A stretch of 63,364 nucleotides of DNA, the filler included, from Octopus bimaculoides (lineage: Eukaryota): assembly GCF_001194135.2 (NCBI RefSeq). It is 6 parts of 6 records of this genome, joined end to end, with 100 filler letters (N's around TTAATTAATTAA, not from the genome) between each part and the next. Parts side by side here need not be neighbours in the genome. Positions count along the whole stretch, not along the records: positions 24,555 to 27,782 come from NC_069006.1; positions 27,883 to 51,122 come from NC_068989.1; 4 more parts are not named here. One strand, given 5' to 3'. This document shows positions 26,787-36,932 of this stretch, piece after piece. Within the stretch, counting starts at the first letter, position 1. Every line of letters starts with the position of its first letter. The notes below the pieces were generated by a model that saw only the letters and a program-made list of their open reading frames with translations, did not search any database and was not told the origin of the DNA. The position numbers and the translations under genes were made by a program.

Positions 26787-26790
<4 letters not shown>
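26437..26790. mobile_element. Fold-back MITE with ~135-bp inverted arms
   Basis: 26439-26571 is the reverse complement of 26654-26788 with scattered, mostly transition, mismatches; TA-CAG...GTGTAC termini. Confidence 0.8.
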
Positions 26791-26817
<27 letters not shown>

Positions 26818-26821
26818 ATGT

Positions 26822-26872
<51 letters not shown>

Positions 26873-27015
26873 TGAGTGTGTGTATCGTCTATAAAGATAA
26901 ATCTGAAAAAAGAAGCACACTTTAAGTTATAGANNNNNNNNNNGTGTGAGTGAGTGTGTGTATCGTCTATAAAGATAAATCTGAAAAAAGAAGCACACTT
27001 TAAGTTATAGAGCAG

Positions 27016-27094
27016 TATATATTAAAGTTAGATAGGGCTGGTTTAGGAGATTAACTTAGGTAATCTCATAAACCAGCCTTATCTAACTTTAATA

Positions 27095-27098
<4 letters not shown>
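27016..27098. repeat. Near-perfect 83-nt palindrome/hairpin
   Basis: 38-nt arms (27016-27053 and 27061-27098) pair at 36 Watson-Crick positions plus one G-U; 7-nt loop. Confidence 0.85.
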
Positions 27099-27130
<32 letters not shown>

Positions 27131-27159
27131 TAGATATAGATATAGATATACATACATAT

Positions 27160-27562
27160 GTGTGTGTTTGTGTGTGTACTTGTGCTTGCCTCGACTACTT
27201 CTTGAGAACTGGTGTTGGTTTGTTTACATCCTAGTAGCTTAGCAGTTCAGCATAAGGGACTAATAATAAAAGTAGCAGTTTTAAAAACGGCATACATACT
27301 GGGGTTGAATTTCTTGCCTAAACCCATCAAGACAATATCCCAGTATGGCTACGGTCCAATGACAGAAACAAGTAAAATATAAAAAGTGACACATACAGAT
27401 TTATAGGTGCAGGCATGGCTGTCTGGTAAGAAGCTTGCTTCCCAACCATGTGGTTCTGGGTTCAGTTCCGCTGCATGGCATCTTGGGCCAGTGTCTTCTA
27501 CTATAGCCTCGGGCCGACCAAAGCCTTGTGAGTGGATTTGGTAAATGGAAACTGAAAGAAGA
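27160..27562 (+). mobile_element. SINE family A fragments (degenerate tail followed by a head)
   Basis: Tail at ~27160-27390; head taggtgcaggcatggctg...gaaactgaaagaag at ~27405-27562. Confidence 0.65.
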
Positions 27563-27564
27563 AT

Positions 27565-27765
27565 GCTACTGAAAGATCATTAGTGAAATCAACCAAATTC
27601 AAATGTGTATCCGTCAATTTGAATCATTTTAAAATAAACATTATGCGTACAGTCACAATTTTTCTTCCATTCCTGATCGCAACTGCCTGACGAACGGGAA
27701 AGGGAAACACTGAGTAGCAGTTTTTTTGTAACGTTTTTGCTGCTTTATTAATAAAGTATATATAC
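27565..27765 (+). mobile_element. Probable Penelope-like 3' end with hammerhead-like motif
   Basis: Short coding-like stretch, then aactgc-CTGACGA...GAAAC...GTA-gcagtt and aataaa. Confidence 0.45.
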
Positions 27766-27936
27766 TCTTTTACTCTTTTACTNNNNNNNNNNNNNNNNNN
27801 NNNNNNNNNNNNNNNNNNNNNNNNNNTTAATTAATTAANNNNNNNNNNNNNNNNNNNNNNNNNNNNNNNNNNNNNNNNNNNNATATATATACACACACAC
27901 ACGCTCACACATATATACATAAGAACATGTGCGTAA

Positions 27937-27973
<37 letters not shown>

Positions 27974-28689
27974 ATATGTAGTGATTGCTTTTAAAATTTG
28001 CCACCTAAATAGAATATTCTTAGCTGAGAAGATGTGAGACTGAAACTAGTCTCTTGCTTTCACTAATTAACTTTAAAGACAAGATCTACTCCAATCTGCA
28101 TAGGCTTTATTTGACAAAAGTTTCCATTAGCTGATTCTAATTTGCATGAATAATGTCAGTGACTCCAATTTAAATACACACACGCCAAGCGCTAAAATAT
28201 CTCTCGTTGGCCACCAGCCCTGACAATGTCTCTTCCATTACATTCAAACATTGTTCCACAAAACTTACTCGTGTACCAACCAAATTCTTAAATCACTCAC
28301 TTTCTACGAAGATAAACAGGGTCTTTTGAAACACACAATCTCTCTGACTCAACCAGCTATCGTACTATAGCACTTATTTTCAACATTTCTAAGGTAATGG
28401 AGACAGCCTTTAACAATGACATTTACGACACCTTGAATCACTCTTTCCCCCTTTTTTCTCTCTCTTTAGTCCTCTCTCACATTCTCCTCAATGACCACCA
28501 ACACGGCTTCCGTATAGTCAGATCCTCTAGAAACCTCTCTTATGTAATTCACCAGTAGGCTCTCGCTTCAGAGAAGTTTGACGAAAGCAATGTTGTTGCC
28601 CTCCAATGGTTCCCAAACTTTTGAGAGACGCGACCCACTATTTATGACACCAGTTTATGGCGACCCACTTAACTCTACAAAAAAATCAA

Positions 28690-28860
28690 CTGAAGCAAAC
28701 ACAAAGAATGGAATAAGAACAGTGAACCCGCGTGGATCAAATAAAGGGTCGAAATTCCGATACAACTGAGTTGGACAGAAGACACCCGAAGAAGGCTGGA
28801 ACATACTACAGCCTAAACATAGTGAAAGCAGTCCCACTAACACAAACTGTATACATAAAA
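28690..28860 (+). mobile_element. Probable Penelope-like 3' end
   Basis: KNGIRTVNPRGSNKG resembles the PLE I..L.T..P.GLN motif; followed by a decayed CTGAAGA/GAAAC motif with a GGCTG/CAGCC stem. Confidence 0.45.
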
Positions 28861-28930
28861 CACGAGAGAGGTGTCTCTATGTAATCACTCAACCTGCTAA
28901 AGATAGCAACTAAACCTCTCAGATTACACT

Positions 28931-29401
28931 CTCTTATTCTTCTACTCTAGGTATAAGGCCCGTTTTTTTTTTGGGGGGGGGGGGTCCAGTCGATTAGATC
29001 GACCACAGTACGCAACTGGTACTTAATTCATCGACACCGAAAAGATGAAAGTCAAAGTCGACCTCGGCGGAATTTGAACTCAGAACGTAACGGCAGACGA
29101 AATACTGATAAGCATTTCGCCCGGCACNNNNNNNNNNAGCATTGCGCCCGGCGTGCTAACGTTTCTTATTTCTTTACTGCCCACAAGGGGTTAAACATAG
29201 AGGTGACAAACGCGGACAGACAAAGGGATTAAGTCGATTACATCGACCCCAGTGTGTAACTAGTACTTAATTTATCGACTCCGAAAGGATGAAAAGCAAA
29301 GTCGACCTCGGTGGAATTTGAACTCAGAACGTAACGGCAGACGAAATACTGATAAGCATTTCGCCCGGCACGCTAACGTTTCTGCCAACTCGCCGCTTTA
29401 A
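28931..29401 (-). mobile_element. Tandem pair of family B SINEs bounded by a 13-bp target-site duplication
   Basis: ctcagattacact at 28918-28930 and 29402-29414; two B bodies with different 3' tails. Confidence 0.75.
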
Positions 29402-30819
29402 CTCAGATTACACTTTACCGTTTTTCAATGGGCAGGGACACATTGGATACTGTTATCTTAGACACGAAATTCCAAAGACAATAGCGTGCTAGTCATGGCT
29501 AGAATACCTTCATAAAATGTCTGCTCAATCAAGATAAGCAACAGGAATGAAGTTACGAGCCAAAACGGATAGCCGCTATGTTATATCAGATAACGCCAAA
29601 GTGGTCGATATCGATCCTTAGGGATCGATAGTACTGTCTTTCGGGTTGATGAATACCTCAAAGTCAAAAGTATATCAACTGAACGTTTGCTGTTGAAAGT
29701 CGATATAAGAATAAAAATACATAAAATATTAAATAAGATACAATTTGCTGCTATATATTTCGTATATAAATACATAATTAGTTGTTATTGTCTCTTTATA
29801 CTGTTTCCTGAAACAAGAATAAAGTAATAAAAATTTATCCTTAAGTGGAATCACGGAACAATGAAATACATATATTTCCCGTTTCCACACATAACTTTAT
29901 TTAGTTTTTCTTCTCTCATAAGCTCTATGTTTTGGGGGGTTTTTTGTTTATTTTATATCTTGGAGTATCCAATATGCAAATTATTTGTTTTTTTCATCAC
30001 TAGCATTGTTTCCTTGTAGCATTTTAGAATATTTTGGTTTGACCTTAACATTGTTTTCAATTATGTAACAAAAATCCGAGGCTGAATTTATCGGCCATGT
30101 CATTTTCCCTGCTACGTTGCCAAATTACAAAACGATTTAGTGCAACCAGTGAATATTCAACACACACGGCTATTCATAATCATGGCTTCCACTTTTAACT
30201 TCCACTTTAAAAATCGTTACAGATCGCTCATTGTAGACTCAAATTTAGGTCAATTTAAATGCGTAAAAATGTCAGACATATATGCTACCATATATAGCCA
30301 GAGAAAGCTATTGGACCATACGCTCCCTGGAATGATTCTTTTTCAAGAAAAATAGTTAACAACTCGAATATTCTAATACACAACTTGAATATCATATGTA
30401 CTTTGCAGCCAGATTGCCAACACACTTCAGAATGAAAGAGTAGTTGTCCATGGGCATACGCGCGCGCACACGCACACACAATACACACACACACTCACAC
30501 ACACACACTCGACCCGATAAAAACATGAATTTAAAAGGTGAGCTTTTAGTAAAAATAACTGCTTTCACTGGCTTTTCCAGTGTCATCTTCAATTTTCGTG
30601 ACATCTGTCTTGTGAACGCTTCTCTATATAAGTAGTAACGAGTCCATTTGATATTTGTTATCATACATTGAATACTGGTTGAGCATAGGCATGACGAAAT
30701 GCCACATAATCTATTCACAATATAAAGTATTCATAGCAACAAGTTTTGAACCTTGCTCTGCCATTGATATTTTCGTCTTTGCGGTTAAGTATTAAATTTC
30801 AGAAATAAAAAGCAAAACA

Positions 30820-30855
<36 letters not shown>

Positions 30856-31798
30856 CACGCCAGCAGTCACTGAATATTCAAAATGTTTCTTGTGGAAGGT
30901 GTGACATTGTTGGGGTTGACCATGCATTAGAAGTGTATAAAGTTTCGGACAAAAATTTTATTAGTCTTATAGTGAATAATAATATATTTTACACTGTAGC
31001 CGTTTCACTTTTTAAACTCAGTTTATGCATGACTACCAAAATTTAATTTATCCAAGACGCCAGCAACCCATGGCCGATCTTGGCAGAGAATATCTGCTAG
31101 TGTTCTTTTGGTGCCGTATTTTTATCGAGTGCGTCTCAGCAAGCTTCAGCTTCATTTCACTTCCTTAAAAACCTTTGCCTTCTGCTAAGCCTCTAGCCAG
31201 AACGAGCTCATGGAATGTCCTCCTACTGCTTGACTGTCTCATCTGTTTGTATAGTCATAACTAATTTCCAATGTTTTTTTTTTCAAGAAGGTTGGTTGTG
31301 ATTTGAGGGAGATTTGACTGTAACTCCTAGCAGGTCAGACAACCATGTAGAGGTACCTTGGCTCGATAAGTGTGTGTATTTTTTTTTATGGGTGAAAGCA
31401 GTTTGCACAAAACCAGTTTATTTCGTGAGGTAGGATGGGATATAGTCGATCAAAGTACCAGCCAAGTACTCTTATTTAACTGGTACTTATTTTATTGACC
31501 AGGATGGTTAAAAAGCAGAGTCGATCCAACACTCCACTAATTCTCGCATTGCAATGTTAAAGCAGTTTTACTATTTCCCAATAATTAAGCTAGTATTACC
31601 GTAGTTAACGAAGGAGCATAAAAGAAGCCAACATGAAAATATTATGCGGTGAAGATTCACCCCCCACTTTTACCCATATATCAAAAAGCATACAAAGAAT
31701 GTTTATGCACTTCCCTTACTTATCCCACAACCAGCTTTCGTAATATTTAAATATATTTCAGTTCCTCTGATTCACGCCGTGTTGTGCATAAAATGTAT

Positions 31799-32014
31799 AT
31801 TCTTTTCTACTCTAGGCACAAGGCCCGAAATTTTGAGGAGGGATCCAGTCGATTAGATCGACTCCAGTACGCAACTGGTACTTAATTTATCGACCCCGAA
31901 AGGATGAAAGGCAAAGTCGACCTCGGCGGAATTTGAACTCAGAACGTAAAGACAGACGAAATACCACTAAGCATTTCGCCCGGCGTGCTAACGTTTCTGC
32001 CATCTCGCCGCCTT
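31799..32014 (-). mobile_element. Full-length SINE family B
   Basis: Head aaggcggcgagatggcagaaacgttagc, B box, Deu-like centre and tail. Confidence 0.85.
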
Positions 32015-33569
32015 GTGACTGCAATACATTATACAATGTCGACTCCCACCCTTACTGCCATTTTACAGTCCTCATTTAAGTTCATTAAATTCACTGACCT
32101 TTTCCTTAGTTCTGCTGCCTCTGCAAAGCTTTTTCTTTTTAAATTTTCGTCCATCTTTTTGATAGCTCTGACCAGTTCCTCCTCTGAAGAGGACAATTCT
32201 GTTTCACTGGGGTCTGAACATACACGACTTCCACTCGCCATCCCTCAGTACCACCGAGAGACGGCACAACAACTCAAAACCCGCTGCAAACGCAGCACAA
32301 ACAAACAAGCTCGTACAACTCACAGAGACGGGATACCGCCAAGCAGTTCGCCCGGCGTGCTAACGTTTCTGCCATATCGCCGCCTTCATAAAATATATAT
32401 TGTATTATTAATGATCAACCGTCAGATATGAAAATTAGGCAATTCACTTCGGTGCTAGCTTAATTCGTAACTATTTATAACTGCTTTATACGATAGTTAT
32501 GGTTTTATGCTCTGTGTTGAAGAAGGAAGCCTGGTATGTTTTTCTCTGAGCTGCAATCAACAAATCACGAAACGGTCCCCCCCCCACACACACACATAAA
32601 AAAAAGCTTTGAAGGAATATGTTTCCATTCTTTTTATTTCTCCAACAACCAGGCAAATGTAGAGGACAATTTGGTACATGTTTCGTCTTTATCATAACTT
32701 GATCTCATGAGTATAACCGCAGATACTACCACAAATGTACCTAATCAGCACACAATTTGATTTATAGCTTATAAGGATTGCAAATAATATTCAAATTAGC
32801 TGTTAGCGACAGTAGCAGTATTGGTAACGATTAATATTAGTTCCCCCAACATAACTGTATGTGTTGTGGAGATCACCTTTAAACTGTTACTAACGCCCAG
32901 AGATACACTCGCGTGTCGACATGTGCTGACTATATCGGCTGACGAGACAGTCGTCTGTACCGATGGATAGCACAACCTTATCACGTGATTTCACTGTTTT
33001 CTGTGGATCTTCGCTCTGTAGATCAGCGTCGTACCTAATGCCAGAACAAAAATCAGTCGAACCGATATAGTATAATAATGGCCAAACAGCCTGTGATATC
33101 TCAAAAAGCCAGCAGGCCACGAATGAATTAGCTATTAGCAACGGCCTGTAGATAATTTTTAATTCTTTTACTTGTTTCAGTCATTGGACTTAACAGGTTT
33201 GGTCGAAGAAATCAACCTTAATACTTATTCTACGTTTGGTACTAAACCGCTAAATTACCTGACGTAACCAAACTTACGTCAAGAAGTGGAGAGACAAACA
33301 CGCGCGCGCGCGCAAACGATGGTGTTCCCTACTAAATTCAGTTCACAAAGCGTTAGTTGGTCTGGTTTGCAGTGGAAGACACTTGTCCAAAGTACCGCGC
33401 AGGGATACATTTTAACCACACAGCTATATCTGCAAGGGAAATTAACAGCAATTGGTCAATAGCATACATTTGCATAAGTTAAGAGTCAAAAGGCGAGACA
33501 TGAGTTTTACAATATTTGCAATATGTGCTATTTTGCGGCAAGTATATCACGTGAACGAAGCATTTCAAG

Positions 33570-33860
33570 CCGTGGAAGGTACCTGCTGAGGCTGGTAGTA
33601 TCATGGTAGTTGCTGCGCAGACATGTTGTGCATTGCTTCACTCCGTATGTGATTTGAAAGCTGCACAGATGAACGTGCAACATAATCTATTTCAGGAAAT
33701 TATGCTTTACGAGTTCAGCCATACCGTCGCGGAAGCAACCAAATGCGAAAGGTAAAGCGCAGTCGATCAGAGGACAGTATTAAGATGGTTCGAGATATTT
33801 CGTTCGGGTTTCAAGAACCTTGATTCCGGGGCCATGTTCCAAACCGTACAGGCAAATCTA
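33570..33860 (+). mobile_element. Mariner-derived remnant (first HTH)
   Basis: Degenerate IMLYEF..HTVAEATK..AVDQRTVLRWFEIFRSGFKNLD. Confidence 0.55.
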
Positions 33861-33994
33861 GGGAGTAGCGGCAAAAATAGCTAGCGTTAGTTAGCAAAAT
33901 GCAAGATCTGCAGAAAGACAATGCAAGAACTCATACCGCTTGAACGACCCGTGATAAATAAGAACACATTTGTGGCATAGGTAATTTGCATAGT

Positions 33995-34340
33995 GGAGGC
34001 GCAATGGCCCAGTGGTTAGGGCAGCGGAATCGCGGTCATAGGATCGCAGTTTCGATTCCCAGACCGGGCGTTGTGAGTGTTTATTGAGCGAAAACACCTA
34101 AAGCTCCCTGCTGTACTCTTTCAACACAACTTTCTCTCACTCTATCTTCCTATTTCTGTTGTGCCTGTAATTCAAAGGGTCAGCCTTGTCACACTGTGTC
34201 ACGCTGAATATCCCCGAGGGTACACGTGTCTGTGGAGTGCGCAGCCACTTGCACGTTAATTTCACGAGCAGGCTGTTCCGTTGATCGGTTCAACTGGAAC
34301 CCTCGACGTCGTAAGCGACGGAGTGCCAACAACAACAACA
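33995..34340 (+). mobile_element. tRNA-derived SINE family C with (CAA)n tail
   Basis: Head ggaggcgcaatggcccagtggttagg...gtttcgattcc (A/B boxes) runs into a non-tRNA body ending gacggagtgccaacaacaacaac. Confidence 0.75.
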
Positions 34341-34850
34341 TGTTTAAATTGATATCTGTAGAAAAAACACGAGAAAGGAGGAAATTCTTGAAGGTTAATG
34401 TTCTGGAGGGAAAAAATGTAGGGGAATAAATTATGTGAGCCTTTCTTCGTCCGGTTTCTTCAGGAATAGAAGTTCATTACCTATGACCCTTTATTTTTCA
34501 GGACCTCCGCGACTTGTGAGAGGAAAGGAGAAAGGTATCTTCAGACCAGAGACCTCATCCGAATGCTTGCAGCAGAGTCAGCACTGCAAAAGGCAACCAA
34601 AGACCAAGTGCGAGTGTTAAACCAGACTAAGCCTGGTTGATACGTCTCAATAGAAGCGATGCGAAGAGGAGAGATAGCAGGGGGACCAAGTGCTAATCTA
34701 CGTATGCTGTGGTTGAGAGGTCGCTGTATGTTGCTTTGCTCGGAGGCCTATAACGCTGTAAAGACGGTCCTGTTGTAGAGGAAGCTCGGTTGGAGTTGGT
34801 GTACAACTAGTTAGTTCCGAGGAGTAGATGTAATAGTAACTGAATAAGAT

Positions 34851-34856
<6 letters not shown>

Positions 34857-34933
<77 letters not shown>
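34857..34933. repeat. (AG)n microsatellite
   Basis: Direct reading. Confidence 0.95.
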
Positions 34934-34936
<3 letters not shown>

Positions 34937-35137
34937 TCTGTGAAGTGTGTTCACGAGTCATTGCCAATCGGTTGCACGACTATTTTGGAGGTATGGTTTA
35001 GGAGATTTGTTGCGACTTGGAAGGTTGGATGTAGCACAATACTTAGAGATCGCCTTGAGATTGTTTCCGTGATGTGGGCAGTGGTTGTGTCTGTATGCTT
35101 TTAAAAGAGACATTTTTTTCTAATGATAACATATCTA

Positions 35138-35751
35138 GGATCTTGTTCAAAACGGGGGCACCAGTTTTCATTAATGTTTTACGTAGTGTTTTTGGTACCG
35201 AAAGACTTTCAAACTTCGTATACTTATCTATTTTGTGTTATAGAACACAAAAAAATTTTTGTATTCGAATTTATTTCATGTAAAAAATTGTCTTATTTCG
35301 ATAATTTCAATCAATCACTGACAAGTATTCAGCTGTTTATACTTACTCCTTTGGCAGTTTAAGCGGTGTAAAGCGTATTTAATCTCCATTTATAATTTCG
35401 TTAACATCTGCCTGAACTGTATGAAAGGTTTATTAGCTACTGCCTAACCCTAACCCTAACCATACTGCCAATATGCTTCAGTCATTTTTTGACAAGGAAA
35501 TAATAATTTTATCACCGCCAGAATCGTTTGTTTACGTAGTCAGCACTTAATGTATTCGGCTGAATGGACGTCAGTCATTGGTTGAAATTACAGAAATACG
35601 ACAACTTTAACATGAAATAACTTGCGATGTACGTTTTTTTGTTAAGAAGACTAAGAGAAAAAGATGTTTTATATGACACATTCTACCAGTGTCCCAAGTT
35701 TCAAAGTGTTTCGTTAAGAAAATACTGGTGCCCCCGTTTTGAACAAGATCC
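35138..35751. mobile_element. MITE with 28-bp perfect TIRs and 8-bp TSD (Merlin- or MULE-type)
   Basis: CATATCTA-GGATCTTGTTCAAAACGGGGGCACCAGT ... ACTGGTGCCCCCGTTTTGAACAAGATCC-CATATCTA; imperfect inverted similarity continues about 150 bp inward. Confidence 0.88.
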
Positions 35752-36779
35752 CATATCTAGATATGTATATGTAACATACAGATACTATGGTGTATGCTGT
35801 GAATAATGATTATATTAGTGAGAATAATATCAATCGTAGTAGTTTGGTGGTAATGATGATTCCGCAGTCACCTATGTTGAAAAGCATCTCAGCTGAGAAC
35901 GCAGTCTTTTTAGGTGTTGGTAAGAACTGCATTATCTAACATGCTCTTCGCTTATGAATGACAGTAGGCGCTCTTTTGAAAGAGATTGAACTGCTAAAGC
36001 AGGTTGGTTGTCAACGTAGAGGCCCTCTAGTAGTCGTCGTCGTACTAGTAGTTATTTAAACCCAGGCAAACCTTGGTCAAAGCGCTCCGACCATGACCAT
36101 TCCATCATGTTTTATATTTCTGATCGCTTAGTCCTTTATGTGCTTTGATATATAAGGACTATTTGAGGAAAATTAGGTTGCTATACCGAGCAAGCGGAGC
36201 GGCTACGCACAGGAGTCCTCGTAAGGACGGTGCTGATGAAGATGGTGATGATGGCGGGGATGGTAATGACGATGATTAAAACAGACGTGAAAAAGAGATG
36301 TTGTGAACTATGAGCGGGTATAATAAAGCGGAAGAATAAGAATTATGCTGTTTATGACTAATTGTATTGTGGACGGGTACTGTATATGTGTGTAGCCACG
36401 TGTGTATGTGTGTGATCAATCGGATTAGAGTGTAAGAAAAAATGAAAGAATAATTAAAAATAAGCAGTCAGTAATGTAGTAAGCAAGTAAGAAACACAGA
36501 GAAAGGCAGAGAAAGAGAGAGAAATAAAAAGGAGAGGAAAGAAAGACTGTAAACGAATGAGGATCGGCTGCGAAATCTAATAATATTGCCCGTTTCCAAC
36601 TGAATTGTCAGCACAACGAGGAGGAGGGACTAAAGAAGGATGGGAGACGGAGAAAGCGAGAGAAAAAGAGAGAGAGGTGTGAAGTGGTGTCAGAGAAAGA
36701 AAGAGAGAACGAAGTCGGTGATGTAGAGAGTGAGAGATAAAATAAAAGTGGGTAGTCGGGGAGAGGTAGGATTAACTGC

Positions 36780-36812
36780 TATATAAACGAGGTTTCACGC
36801 ACTGACGTCAGT
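36780..36812 (+). promoter_or_regulatory. Alpha-tubulin core promoter: TATA box plus Inr overlapping a CRE palindrome
   Basis: TATATAAA at 36780-36787, TGACGTCA at 36803-36810, and TCAGT (Inr-like) at 36808-36812, about 30 nt after the TATA and 120 nt before the ATG. Confidence 0.7.
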
Positions 36813-36929
36813 ATTCAAACTCACGAAAGATACCTCATATCTGTGTGAGCACGAACGTGCCGCTGTAATTTACCAGCCCCACAAAATCTCTTTAATTCTT
36901 CACTTCGACTGAAAAGACATCAAGACATC

Positions 36930-36932
36930 ATG
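36930..36932 (+). CDS. TUBA: Alpha-tubulin first coding exon (ATG only)
   Basis: acatcATG followed directly by gtaagt. An intron right after the initiator codon is the conserved metazoan alpha-tubulin arrangement and supplies the missing M of MREC. Confidence 0.85.

Noticed and set aside
30392-30718. 108-aa minus-strand ORF; also the ORFs at 32796-33141
   Set aside because: No domain similarity, partly microsatellite, and no supporting exon chain.
33995-34075. tRNA-like sequence
   Set aside because: No convincing cloverleaf or acceptor stem, and it continues into a SINE body with a (CAA)n tail; called as a SINE head.
34490-34860. Strong-looking acceptor (tttatttttcag) followed by unique GC-richer sequence
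   Set aside because: The 46-codon frame matches no family I recognise and there is no partner exon.
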